The translations under genes were made by a program, and so were the position numbers. Below the pieces are notes generated by a model. That model was not told the origin of the DNA, made no database searches, and saw only the letters and a program-made list of their open reading frames with translations. Of a stretch of 64,000 bases of DNA, positions 35,237-44,483 are shown in pieces. The stretch comes from a virus (taxonomy: Duplodnaviria > Caudoviricetes), in IMG/VR virus record IMGVR_UViG_3300033064_001044, positions 1,428 to 65,427 of that record. One strand, given 5' to 3'. The number at the start of each line of letters is the position of its first letter. Positions within the stretch are counted from its first letter, which is position 1.

Positions 35237-35275
35237 GTGGTGGGTGTTGCATCCGCTAAGAACAACACCCACCAC
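35237..35275. other. 13-bp intergenic stem-loop between ssb and polA
   Basis: GTGGTGGGTGTTG-catccgctaagaa-CAACACCCACCAC. Confidence 0.6.
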
Positions 35276-35292
35276 TTGGGACGAGTCGTTGA

Positions 35293-35961
35293 TTAGACGA
35301 CTGAACGAGCAATCTCAAGTAATTCAGAACGAGGTGTGTCCCAAATTACTTCAGGGCTAAATGGTTCAGCCTGTGCTACAAGTTCCTCAACCTGAGCGGG
35401 GTCAAGGTCCCAATCTTCAACAAGGTCTGTAGGACGAACACGCTCTAATGAGTATGTTGTCTGTGGACCAGTACCTTGGCGTGAAATTGAATAGAAGAAC
35501 TTATTCAATGGACCACGCTTTGGGTCTTCGTGTGCTGCTTTGATTTGACGGAAAAAAGTTGGTGGAGCAGTAAGAATCATTGTCTTCTTCTCTTCTGATG
35601 AAAGAACAAGAACAGTGAAAGCAAACTTGCCACGTGGCTTATCTCCTAGAAGGTCACACAATGGGCAACCTTCAGCACCCGTATCAGCGATACAAACGAA
35701 TGAACGCTTGCCTGATGAACGGTCAATCCAATGTTGTTCGTAAGAACGAAATGGACCGTCACCAATGAATTTGATTAGTTGTGAGTCTTCGGTGAATTTA
35801 AAGTCATTAGGATATTCACCAGACTCTTTTGATGTTGCTTTGAGTGTCTTAGTTGCTGCTTCCCAGCCAGACTGAACAGTAGTTCCGACTTTAGGTGCTG
35901 CATCTTCGTTGTCTTCATCCAAATACGATGAAGCATTTACTGCTGGTTGCGTGATAGGCAT
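35293..35961 (-). CDS. gp32-like single-stranded DNA-binding protein
   Basis: QHW...FVC...CPLC, ISRQGTGPQTTY; replication-cluster context. Confidence 0.7.
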   Translation of the reverse strand: MPITQPAVNASSYLDEDNEDAAPKVGTTVQSGWEAATKTLKATSKESGEYPNDFKFTEDSQLIKFIGDGPFRSYEQHWIDRSSGKRSFVCIADTGAEGCPLCDLLGDKPRGKFAFTVLVLSSEEKKTMILTAPPTFFRQIKAAHEDPKRGPLNKFFYSISRQGTGPQTTYSLERVRPTDLVEDWDLDPAQVEELVAQAEPFSPEVIWDTPRSELLEIARSVV

Positions 35962-36009
35962 TTTTCTTCTTTCGGTAATGAGGCTTTCGCACTCGGTTAG
36001 TTGTGAGGT

Positions 36010-36489
36010 CTATTGACTCTCGTTGGCAACAGCGTCTTTCCATTTTGATGTAATCGCAAAGGTCAGTTCCGTCTGTTGCGACCATTCTACACGAGCAGTA
36101 CCCAAAAGACCACGCTTTGAGAACTCTTCTACAGCAATTTCTATTAATTGCCGAGTGTAGACACGGTTTCCTCCTACTTTCTTACCGTTTAAGGACTTAG
36201 AACGTAGTCGATATGGTGCCCCAGGAATGTACCCCTTCTTCTCCCATGAGCGAATACTGATAATGCTTTTCTCTAATGCTTGAGCCAAAGCACTTACAGT
36301 AAACACTTCTGTTTCTTTTCCATTTAGATGTTTAACTATTGGGTTGGAATCCCAAGCCGTATCTTCAGTAGATTTGCGTTTACGTTTTGCTGCGGGATTA
36401 ACCTCACGACGTTTTTGTTTTGACCCAGGCTTGTACTGTAAATCAGCAAAGGCTTTATCAATCTCGTCTTGTCCACGTAAACCAGCCAT
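36010..36489 (-). CDS. MerR-like HTH DNA-binding protein
   Basis: FTVSALAQALEKSIISIRSWEKKGYIP...RVYT. Confidence 0.75.
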   Translation of the reverse strand: MAGLRGQDEIDKAFADLQYKPGSKQKRREVNPAAKRKRKSTEDTAWDSNPIVKHLNGKETEVFTVSALAQALEKSIISIRSWEKKGYIPGAPYRLRSKSLNGKKVGGNRVYTRQLIEIAVEEFSKRGLLGTARVEWSQQTELTFAITSKWKDAVANESQ

Positions 36490-36491
36490 TA

Positions 36492-36929
36492 TTACTTCTT
36501 ACTTAGCATTAATGCCCAGACAATTTTTGCTGGGAACATCTCATCAATTTCTTCTTCTGTAAGAAGTCCTTCGTACAAAGCAGCCATTAGTTCATCTTCA
36601 TCAACTATACGAACTGTTTTGTAAAGACGTTCAGTAAGACCTTTCTTTTCAAGAAGGTCTTCTGCAATCATTTCATCAATCTTACGAGTAACACGCTTTT
36701 GTTTTTGTAGGCTTACATAATCACCAACAGGTTCAGGCAACTCTAACCACCAGTTACCTTTGTCATCAGTAAAACCATCGGCTTCAATTTTTTCAAACAG
36801 AGATGCTTTTAATTCCTTTTGACGTGCTTCATACAAGTCTAAGTTTTTCTTTATTGAGGCGTACTCTTTGGTCTGCCCTAGTAAGTCATCAGAGTTAAAC
36901 TCTCTTGGTCCATCAATTCGCTCAACCAT
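36492..36929 (-). CDS. hypothetical protein (N-terminal coiled coil)
   Basis: 145 aa, AGGAG RBS. Confidence 0.75.
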   Translation of the reverse strand: MVERIDGPREFNSDDLLGQTKEYASIKKNLDLYEARQKELKASLFEKIEADGFTDDKGNWWLELPEPVGDYVSLQKQKRVTRKIDEMIAEDLLEKKGLTERLYKTVRIVDEDELMAALYEGLLTEEEIDEMFPAKIVWALMLSKK

Positions 36930-36937
36930 TGTTGCTC

Positions 36938-38518
36938 CTATATTTGATTAGTTAGTAAGAAGTTTAAGAGGCTGCCAACTGTTAAGTCAACACCTCCACG
37001 TGTGTTTATTCCTTGTCCATCTATTACAGCATCTGCGATTGTGTTCTTCTGTTGCAGCATTTCATATTGTCTTTCTTCAATGGAATTAAGTGCTAAGAAG
37101 TCCTGAATAATAACGCTTTTCCACGTGCTAGAAGTGCGTCTTATACGAGAGTTCCTTTGTACCGCTGCACCAGAAGACCACGGTAAATCATAGTTTACAA
37201 GAAGATTGGCTTGAGGTAAATCAACGCCATAGCCTCCAGCATCACTTGATATAAGTACCCTAACTTCTTTAGAAGTTTGGAATTCTACTTTAGAAGTTTC
37301 TTTTTCCTTAGCATTCAACTCTCCAGAGTATAAACGAGATTCAATCTTCTTTAACATAAGTCTTCGCTGTATTAATGGAAGCATCCCCAGGTAACTGGCA
37401 AAGATTACAACCTTAGAGTTCTCATCTGTCTCTAGGTGTTCGGCAACGTAGTTAATCATTGCGTCTAACTTAGGACCGCCATCAGTGATGTCCGTTAGGT
37501 AGCCGTCGTCAGCCAATCCCGCCACATAAGAACTTCCGCCTTTAATACCGTTACCCTCAACAAACTTTTCTGCACTACGAGTTAACAATGAGGGGCTGTC
37601 ACAAAGCATCCTTAAAGAAGTTATCTTAGACATGATGGAACCCCGCAAAGCATCTGCAGGACCGCCTACTGCATACCCTTGACCGTAGTGAGACTCAATA
37701 GAGAACCCCACACCAAAAAGTTCCTGTGCTTCTTGTAGTTCATTGGTTAAATCCAACGCAATTTTTTCATACAAATCACGTGTCTTTTTATCTAGTTTTA
37801 TCCGTATTGGTGCTAAATGAATAGTGGCGGGCAAGTACGGAGCAACATCTTCATCAGACTGTGCTTTACGTACTGATGCGACTTTAATCTTCTCGTGTAA
37901 TAACGGAAGATTTCGGTATCTCTGTACCCCGCCAAAAGTGTTTCTTACTATGAAGGTCTTATCAAAGAGGTCAAATCGGCCCAGTAGACCTGGCTCAACA
38001 AATTGCATAATGCTGTACAACTCTTCTGGCTTACCGTTTTCAATAGGGGTTCCTGTTAAAGCAAACCGAATAGGAATACTAGAAGCAAGTTCTTTTACTT
38101 TTTTAGTTCTTTTAGACCTAAAACTTTTGATAGCAGTTGCTTCATCACAAACAACAACTCCAAAGTCTATGTGGTTTAACACATCCCAATCATTAACTAT
38201 TGACTCGTAATTTGTAATTACGTAGTTGTAATTACAAGAATCAGCGTATTGAGTTGTACGAGTAGTTTTGTTTCCATCAATAACTATAGATGTTGAGTCT
38301 GAAAACTTTGCTATCTCACTAGCCCATTGATACTTAAGACTGGCTAGTGCAATTACTAGTACTGGCTTCTTTAGTCCTTCGTCACGCATCTTCTCTATTG
38401 CTGCAATAGTCATGCAGGTTTTACCAAGACCCATTTCATAGGCAACAAGAACCTTGCCTCGTTCCACCATCTTGTCAACGGCTTCAGGCTGATAGGGCTT
38501 TAGTGTTCCTTTAAACAT
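36938..38518 (-). CDS. SNF2-family SF2 helicase
   Basis: EMGLGKT, CDEA, LTGTPIEN, DAGGYGVDL, QRNSRIRR. Confidence 0.92.
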   Translation of the reverse strand: MFKGTLKPYQPEAVDKMVERGKVLVAYEMGLGKTCMTIAAIEKMRDEGLKKPVLVIALASLKYQWASEIAKFSDSTSIVIDGNKTTRTTQYADSCNYNYVITNYESIVNDWDVLNHIDFGVVVCDEATAIKSFRSKRTKKVKELASSIPIRFALTGTPIENGKPEELYSIMQFVEPGLLGRFDLFDKTFIVRNTFGGVQRYRNLPLLHEKIKVASVRKAQSDEDVAPYLPATIHLAPIRIKLDKKTRDLYEKIALDLTNELQEAQELFGVGFSIESHYGQGYAVGGPADALRGSIMSKITSLRMLCDSPSLLTRSAEKFVEGNGIKGGSSYVAGLADDGYLTDITDGGPKLDAMINYVAEHLETDENSKVVIFASYLGMLPLIQRRLMLKKIESRLYSGELNAKEKETSKVEFQTSKEVRVLISSDAGGYGVDLPQANLLVNYDLPWSSGAAVQRNSRIRRTSSTWKSVIIQDFLALNSIEERQYEMLQQKNTIADAVIDGQGINTRGGVDLTVGSLLNFLLTNQI

Positions 38519-38712
38519 TAACTACGTCCGTTAATAGAACCAGACAGAGCAATGCGAGTTGTGTGGGTTTCCATATCTTTAAGAAGCATGTCTTCTAAGT
38601 CCATAGCATTGTGTTTCTTTAACAATCTTCTAACTTTTTCAATACTCTGAAGAAACATTAGTCGTTCTTTTTCAACAAGTTCATCGCGTAAAAGGTCGGC
38701 TGTATCAGTCAT
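38518..38712 (-). CDS. hypothetical protein
   Basis: 64 aa, coupled ORF. Confidence 0.65.
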   Translation of the reverse strand: MTDTADLLRDELVEKERLMFLQSIEKVRRLLKKHNAMDLEDMLLKDMETHTTRIALSGSINGRS

Positions 38713-39671
38713 CCTAGGTAAGCCTTCTCTCCGTAGATAGAGTCTTTAGCAGTTTCAACTCCGTGTTGAACTTGCTCATCAGTCATATCTCCAACATCTT
38801 TTATACCTGTAGAGGCATAATTAAAAAACTTCAATGTCATTCCGTATTTACGAGCACTAACTATCATTGCTGCACAAGCAGTTCTACCTGCTTCATCTAT
38901 GTTTGGATTATCAAAGGCTGCAATGACCGTATCGCTATATCTAAGTAACTTAACCTGAGCATCACTTACGATTGCTCCAAAGGTAGAGACTGCCCCAATA
39001 ATTCCCGCTGAAGCAACTCTTACAGCGTCTAAAGGGGACTCAACAACAATAACCATGTCTGGGTTTTGTTCATGTCCTCCAAACAATGTGCTTGATTTTT
39101 TCACACCAACAGGAGTGTTTCTAAACTTACGAACTCCCTCTTGTTTTTCTTGCCAACCCATTAAAGAGTAATCATGTGGGTTTCTTATTGGCAAAATCCA
39201 CGTGTTATCTGGTGCCCAAAGAACCTCATATCTATTAGCAGACTCTGGTTTAAGTCTTCTTTTCTCTAATGCCCATTCTGGTGGGTCACCAAACAAAGCC
39301 AGTCTTGCTTCAGACATAGGTACTGATTGAGTTGATGTGACGTGAGTTGGCACTCTCTTAAGCCTCTCTGCTAGTTCTTCGACCGATATTTCTTCGACGT
39401 TTGCTAACCATTGTTTTGCTGCTTCATAATCTAATCCGTCACCTATATACAGTTCACGGACTTCAGCAACTAGGGAGAAGACATTGCCTTTAAAACCACA
39501 GGAGAAACAGATGTGTGCTCCTGTGTCTTCGTTAATCCACCATGATGGATTGTTGTCTTCTTTGCCCGTCCTTGATTTGTGCATAGGACATAGACAAAGA
39601 ATTTCACTGCCACGTGCTCTAACAACTTCAATTGAAAGATTTGCGAGTACTTGAGTGATGTTAAAGTTCAT
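38709..39671 (-). CDS. DnaG-type DNA primase
   Basis: CPMH...CFSC zinc finger; TOPRIM VVESPLDA, FDN, KDVGD. Confidence 0.9.
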   Translation of the reverse strand: MNFNITQVLANLSIEVVRARGSEILCLCPMHKSRTGKEDNNPSWWINEDTGAHICFSCGFKGNVFSLVAEVRELYIGDGLDYEAAKQWLANVEEISVEELAERLKRVPTHVTSTQSVPMSEARLALFGDPPEWALEKRRLKPESANRYEVLWAPDNTWILPIRNPHDYSLMGWQEKQEGVRKFRNTPVGVKKSSTLFGGHEQNPDMVIVVESPLDAVRVASAGIIGAVSTFGAIVSDAQVKLLRYSDTVIAAFDNPNIDEAGRTACAAMIVSARKYGMTLKFFNYASTGIKDVGDMTDEQVQHGVETAKDSIYGEKAYLG

Positions 39672-40921
39672 ATCATTAACCCACGCTTACAAACTAAACA
39701 AGAAGACATCTTCGTCTCTTCATGGAAGCAACCTGTTTCCCAGTTCCACGTTAATGTGGTCTCACTTGGCCCACAGTTACGACTAGCAACAATCTTAAAG
39801 TTACGAAGGTTGTCGTAATCGGGGACAGGCTCTAGTCCCAAGATAACATCTGAGTCTTGGAAGAATGATGATGAGTAACCGATTGAGTCAGCAGATACTT
39901 TGCCACCACGCATCTTCCACAACAACGTCTGAGTAGTAATAACCACAGGTATGTCATGTCGTTGTGCCAAACGCTTAAGGGAACGAGTCACATTGGTAAT
40001 TGACTGAGGAGTATTCATCTCTCCTGTTTGCTCATCCATCATCAAATACACACCATCAACAAATACGACATTTGGCTTTAACTTTGAAATGGTTGCTGAT
40101 AAAGACCCAACAGTTAATCCGTTTACGGCATCAACTAAATAATTTTTGTTAGACATCTGCTCTAATCCTGTAAGCATGTCCATGTAGCGGGCTTCTTCAT
40201 CTTGAAACAACTTTCCACGACGAAGACGACCATGTGAAATCTGTGCACGAATGGAGTCGTGACGTTGTTGTATCTCTCGGTTAGTCATCTCAAAAGACTG
40301 AAACATTGGAACTAACCCTTGTTTGTGCACATGTATTGCAACTGCTAATGCAATCTGTGACTTACCTGTTTTTGGTGGAGCAATAACTGTTATTAATTGA
40401 CCGCCTTGCAAACCTGCTGTTGCTTCATCAATTTTATCAAACCCTGTTGGAATACCAATCATTGCATGGCTTGCTAATGCTTGATACTCAGCAAAACGAT
40501 TAGTTGCATCTTGTGTTAGTTCTAATTCATTTGTGCCTTGCACACCAGAAGTATTAACACGAGTAATGGCTGCTTCCATTGCAACCAAAGCACCTTCGTG
40601 GTCATTGTGAGTTAACTTATCTACAGACTCTTCAAGACCTTGACGAACTAATACTTTGCGACGAAATGCAACTGCTTGGTCAACAAGAAAATCTAAAGAG
40701 TCTTGTACATCTAAAACTTTGTAAGTTGGGTAATGGTCTTTAACAGTTACTGCAGTAGGTACTTCTGAATACTCGTTGTAATGCTTAACAACAAACTTCC
40801 AAACTCTGGAGTTGTCGTCATCTAAAAACCAATCGTGGGTTATTCCTTTTTGTAGGACTGGCAATATGTCTCTGTCGCGAATTACTTTGCTAACTAAACG
40901 ATGCTCGTTATCTGCTGCCAT
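39668..40921 (-). CDS. dnaB: DnaB-like replicative helicase
   Basis: IPTGFDKID, APPKTGKS, SFEM, FVDG, QDSD. Confidence 0.92.
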   Translation of the reverse strand: MAADNEHRLVSKVIRDRDILPVLQKGITHDWFLDDDNSRVWKFVVKHYNEYSEVPTAVTVKDHYPTYKVLDVQDSLDFLVDQAVAFRRKVLVRQGLEESVDKLTHNDHEGALVAMEAAITRVNTSGVQGTNELELTQDATNRFAEYQALASHAMIGIPTGFDKIDEATAGLQGGQLITVIAPPKTGKSQIALAVAIHVHKQGLVPMFQSFEMTNREIQQRHDSIRAQISHGRLRRGKLFQDEEARYMDMLTGLEQMSNKNYLVDAVNGLTVGSLSATISKLKPNVVFVDGVYLMMDEQTGEMNTPQSITNVTRSLKRLAQRHDIPVVITTQTLLWKMRGGKVSADSIGYSSSFFQDSDVILGLEPVPDYDNLRNFKIVASRNCGPSETTLTWNWETGCFHEETKMSSCLVCKRGLMI

Positions 40922-40936
40922 TGCCCCATCTTTTCT

Positions 40937-41353
40937 CTAAAGTCTGTTTAAGTCAATACTCCAAGAGCCATATCTCAAACCTCTGGTTGGCAAGTCAACC
41001 ACACCTTTTAAGTTTGTGCGATAAGGCAAGTCATCTACTAATTCTTGTGTCGTTAAATAAGTTTGGACAAGGTTAAAGGGGTTGGTACCGCGTCTGTCTA
41101 AGATGTCCATTACTTTTTCTAAAGAAGTTTGGTCCCAACCATCTTCTTCAATACCTGCTAACTCAACTGCAAGTCCATACTTATAAGTTAAAGTCCACAA
41201 CTGAGACACCGCTGCTTTATTAATGTTCTTTAACTGTAAAGAGGTTGTTTTATTTAAGAACTTTCGTTCCGTAACTTTTTCAAACTCAGCAACAACTTCT
41301 GCAAGAACAATTAAACGAGGAGGGGTTTCGTTGGAGATGTCCCCGCCCTTCAC
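40937..41353 (-). CDS. hypothetical protein
   Basis: 138 aa in the replication operon. Confidence 0.75.
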   Translation of the reverse strand: MKGGDISNETPPRLIVLAEVVAEFEKVTERKFLNKTTSLQLKNINKAAVSQLWTLTYKYGLAVELAGIEEDGWDQTSLEKVMDILDRRGTNPFNLVQTYLTTQELVDDLPYRTNLKGVVDLPTRGLRYGSWSIDLNRL

Positions 41354-41649
41354 AACACCTCTACTCTAGCGTACTTTAAAATGAAGTTGCGGAAAGTCTC
41401 TGCGGACTCATTGGCTCTTGCTTGAATTTCTTCTGGCACATCATCAGGTACCAGGATTGCATACTGACCGTTGTTCTCAGACATACGGGTCTGTACAAAC
41501 GTAGCGTGTTTACACCCGTTTCTAATTTTAAATGATGGACACGAACATTGTGCATCGGTGTCGTTAGGGCGTAGTTGTACTTCATACACACCCGTAGGTG
41601 AGAGAAATACTTGGACTGTACGCCACTGTTCCAATTGTGAACCTTTCAT
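41350..41649 (-). CDS. SWIM zinc-finger protein
   Basis: YEV...CSCPSF....CKH. Confidence 0.8.
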   Translation of the reverse strand: MKGSQLEQWRTVQVFLSPTGVYEVQLRPNDTDAQCSCPSFKIRNGCKHATFVQTRMSENNGQYAILVPDDVPEEIQARANESAETFRNFILKYARVEVL

Positions 41650-42362
41650 GCTGTAGCCCTTCGTAAGTCTTTGCCAGTTAGTCGAACACGTTGGAACGCC
41701 TCATTAGCAAAACTTGCCATCGCGTTGCTGTATTTGGCGGACCAATTTTCCAGCATCTCGTTGGTAGTTACTATTGTAGGCAATGCACGGTCATAACGAC
41801 TGCGTAAAATCTCATCAAATGATGCGTCATCGTATTTAGAACCGTACTCTTTTCCTAAATCATCAAGTATTAATAAACGAACGTTTAACCAATCTTCTTT
41901 AGCACGACCATGAAACCCCTCAATCTGTCTGTTCATCTCACGTTTTTCTTCAATATCTGCGTCAAACATAGCCTTCTTACGGGATAGAAATTCAGGGTAA
42001 GTTAGGTAATAAATAGGACGAGACAACATGCCGAAGTCAGACTCGCTGTTGTATCGCAATATGTTTTTGCATTCTTCTGGGTTTAATCGACGAACAAACT
42101 CCATCGCTGCAACTACAGCATGTGTTGTTTTGCCTAGTCCAGGTCCGCCATCAAACAAAAGACCCACGCCCGTAAGTCCCAGTCCACCTACTTGTTTGAT
42201 GACAGACCCAGATACTAAATCCTCAAGCCACTCATTTACTACTTGAGGAAACGCTGTGTCCATATCGCTTGGCTCGTATCCCAGAAAGCGTCGTGGGATA
42301 TTTGAGTTACGCATAATCCAGTGCTTGTTAAGTGAGGGAAGTTCATCAACTTGATAGGTCAA
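41646..42362 (-). CDS. DnaC/IstB-like helicase loader ATPase
   Basis: NIPRRF, GGPGLGKT, LLILDDLGKE, PTIVTTN. Confidence 0.88.
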   Translation of the reverse strand: MTYQVDELPSLNKHWIMRNSNIPRRFLGYEPSDMDTAFPQVVNEWLEDLVSGSVIKQVGGLGLTGVGLLFDGGPGLGKTTHAVVAAMEFVRRLNPEECKNILRYNSESDFGMLSRPIYYLTYPEFLSRKKAMFDADIEEKREMNRQIEGFHGRAKEDWLNVRLLILDDLGKEYGSKYDDASFDEILRSRYDRALPTIVTTNEMLENWSAKYSNAMASFANEAFQRVRLTGKDLRRATA

Positions 42363-42552
42363 CTGTTACCCCTCGGTCGTCGGTGTACTTGCCTTTGCCA
42401 TCTGTGGTCATGTGTGTGCTCTGAATTGTTAATACAAAATACTGTTCGCCTGGAAAAAGAATACTTACAACAATGTCGCAAATCTTTGCTTTCCATTTGG
42501 GCATATCAACCATGGTGAATACTGGAAGGTCAACTTTTTTCTTCTTAGCCAT
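42346..42552 (-). CDS. hypothetical protein
   Basis: Start moved to MAKKKKV. Confidence 0.6.
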   Translation of the reverse strand: MAKKKKVDLPVFTMVDMPKWKAKICDIVVSILFPGEQYFVLTIQSTHMTTDGKGKYTDDRGVTVDLSS

Positions 42553-42628
42553 CTTTTTCCACCCACGTATGTACAAGCATCCCAACTGGAATACCAATTA
42601 AAATCCCAATAATAAGAACTAGGTTCAT
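42545..42628 (-). CDS. tiny single-TM protein (27 aa, not in ORF track)
   Basis: MNLVLIIGILIGIPVGMLVHTWVEKDG; ATGA overlap with the upstream gene. Confidence 0.5.
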   Translation of the reverse strand: MNLVLIIGILIGIPVGMLVHTWVEKDG

Positions 42629-42795
42629 TGTCCGCCCCACCCTCCGCCTTTAAATTGAACTGCAGGTGGTGTGAATACTTTACTCATAGGATTGCCACAA
42701 CGGTCACAGTTAGGTCGCTCTGTAACGTCATAGGACATGTGCATTTCAACAATACTGTCTTCGCAGGTATCGCATTTAAAATCATACTTAGGCAT
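42625..42795 (-). CDS. FmdB-family zinc ribbon protein (56 aa, not in ORF track)
   Basis: MPKYDFKCDTC...CDRCGNPMSKVFTPPAVQFKGGGW. Confidence 0.85.
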   Translation of the reverse strand: MPKYDFKCDTCEDSIVEMHMSYDVTERPNCDRCGNPMSKVFTPPAVQFKGGGWGGQ

Positions 42796-43729
42796 TTAGT
42801 TTCCTCTCGTAACGTTCCAGTGCTTTGCGACCGACAATTGTGTTATCAAATTCTCTGCCATCTGAAGCGTACACGAACTTGTCCCCGACTTCTTCAGTTG
42901 GGTTAACGAGTCCTAGGTTTTCTCGTGCCTTGTTCATGTGAGTGCGGAACATCCCAAGGTATGTCTTGTACAAGTGCGGTGCTTCATCGCCAACGTCTTT
43001 AAAGTTCTTTTCATCAACCATAAACATCTTTAGAATCTCTAACTCCATCAGGGCTGTCGTTTGGAACCTGGTCCGCATCTGCTGCAGCCCGCCTGACAGG
43101 TTGTTGACGCTCACGGTGCCTGGTAGCCACGGGAACTTACGACCGACTAGGAATGAGAACTCTGCTGCAACATCGCGGACTGTCCACTCTGCCTGTGGTC
43201 GCTTGCCACGGGTATTTGTGTCCCGTTTGCTGGGCGTGGACCTCGGTTGCTCTGAGGCCAACTTGCCGATGCCTCCGATTGAATCATCCTTGGCTTGTTC
43301 TTCTCGCCAACTTTTATTCATGGTTTCCTCACCTACTTTGAGTATTTTTATATTTTCATAACTTACTGACTTACTGGTATTAGGTACTAATGGCTGTTGA
43401 CTATATGACTTAAGCACTTGACCATGTGTTGTCCGCCTCTGTACAGGCGACGGTGCTTGACTCTGTGGAGGCGACGGCAGCGTGTACTTCTTTGTTGTGT
43501 AGAAACCGCGATTACGCTTTTGGGCCGTGGCGACGAGATAACCCCCCGTTTCTAAAACCTTTAGAGAGGCTCTTACATGGGAGTCTGCTTTGGTCTGGGT
43601 CAGGCGACCGAGATTAGCCACGGAAGCCTCTACGACCCCATCAGGGTCTGCTAATGAGTACAGCACGACTAAGAGACGGAACTGATGATGGGTCAGTTCC
43701 GCCTCTAGGAGGTCGTGTGGGATGTTCAT
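42788..43729 (-). CDS. putative replication initiator (N-terminal winged HTH)
   Basis: LTHHQFRLLVVL...SVANLGRLT...LKVLETGGYL; upstream of loader, helicase and primase. Confidence 0.65.
   Translation of the reverse strand: MNIPHDLLEAELTHHQFRLLVVLYSLADPDGVVEASVANLGRLTQTKADSHVRASLKVLETGGYLVATAQKRNRGFYTTKKYTLPSPPQSQAPSPVQRRTTHGQVLKSYSQQPLVPNTSKSVSYENIKILKVGEETMNKSWREEQAKDDSIGGIGKLASEQPRSTPSKRDTNTRGKRPQAEWTVRDVAAEFSFLVGRKFPWLPGTVSVNNLSGGLQQMRTRFQTTALMELEILKMFMVDEKNFKDVGDEAPHLYKTYLGMFRTHMNKARENLGLVNPTEEVGDKFVYASDGREFDNTIVGRKALERYERKLNA
43437..43477. repeat. 17-bp direct repeat (iteron candidate) inside the initiator gene
   Basis: CTCTGTACAGGCGACGG at 43437 and CTCTGTGGAGGCGACGG at 43461. Confidence 0.5.
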
Positions 43730-44193
43730 TGAGAGCGACGGTACTTGCGCTTACCTTGTTCGTCAATCTGGTCCATAACCATTTTGTAGACCACAGCAGT
43801 GAGTGTCTCTGTAAAGTCCTGCAGTACCTCTTCAAGACGTTCTTCTAGGATGTCTGTCTCCATATCAACAAGGTTTAACCCATCTGATATGTCCCAGATT
43901 TCTCTACGATTTTCATGTGCCCAAGCAACTGTCTCAAAACAGTCGTCAGAGTCATCCCAAGCAAGAGCAACTATGTCATCTGGAGCAGCCGACTGTAGTA
44001 ACTCTTCTAAAGAAGAACCAGTAGAGACAGGTATGTTTAACTCTGAAGCAGCCATAATTACTTGGTCGTGGGTTTCGTTCTCTAGTGCTAAAGGAAGGTG
44101 CACTTCAGTAAACTTTTTTTGCGTCAAAAGTAAACGGAACCCGTGGGTTACATCTACATCATCTGATGTTCCAACAACAATTAGACGGGACAT
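43726..44193 (-). CDS. acidic hypothetical protein
   Basis: 155 aa, AGGAG RBS. Confidence 0.75.
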   Translation of the reverse strand: MSRLIVVGTSDDVDVTHGFRLLLTQKKFTEVHLPLALENETHDQVIMAASELNIPVSTGSSLEELLQSAAPDDIVALAWDDSDDCFETVAWAHENRREIWDISDGLNLVDMETDILEERLEEVLQDFTETLTAVVYKMVMDQIDEQGKRKYRRSQ

Positions 44194-44201
44194 TTTTTCT
44201 C

Positions 44202-44453
44202 CTAGTAGCGACGAGGTGGTTGAATTGTTACAGGACGGTCAAGCATTGCCATAATAGCCAAAGATGCAAAGGCTGCTGCTGTTGCCATAAGGGCTAGGTC
44301 ATACTCTGAGTAACCTATAAAGTAAAGAGCCAGCACTGAGAAAACCAATGCTACAAACCCTTTTAGTTTCTTTAAGTCATAGAAAGCATCAATCGCCCCT
44401 ATGAAGTATGAGGTGGAAAGTGTTGCTATAAATAAGTCAATTAATGTGGTCAT
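44202..44453 (-). CDS. small multi-TM membrane protein
   Basis: Three hydrophobic segments; leaderless-type -10 upstream. Confidence 0.7.
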   Translation of the reverse strand: MTTLIDLFIATLSTSYFIGAIDAFYDLKKLKGFVALVFSVLALYFIGYSEYDLALMATAAAFASLAIMAMLDRPVTIQPPRRY

Positions 44454-44483
44454 AGCGGGAGTCTACTACGACCTTAAAGTAAA

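Noticed and set aside
15663-40921. Introns or inteins in nrdJ, recA, polA or the helicases
   Set aside because: All ORFs are continuous and of normal length, with no splicing or homing-endonuclease motifs.
44202-44453. Holin call
   Set aside because: The multi-TM size fits, but there is no adjacent endolysin and it heads the replication operon; kept as a generic membrane protein.
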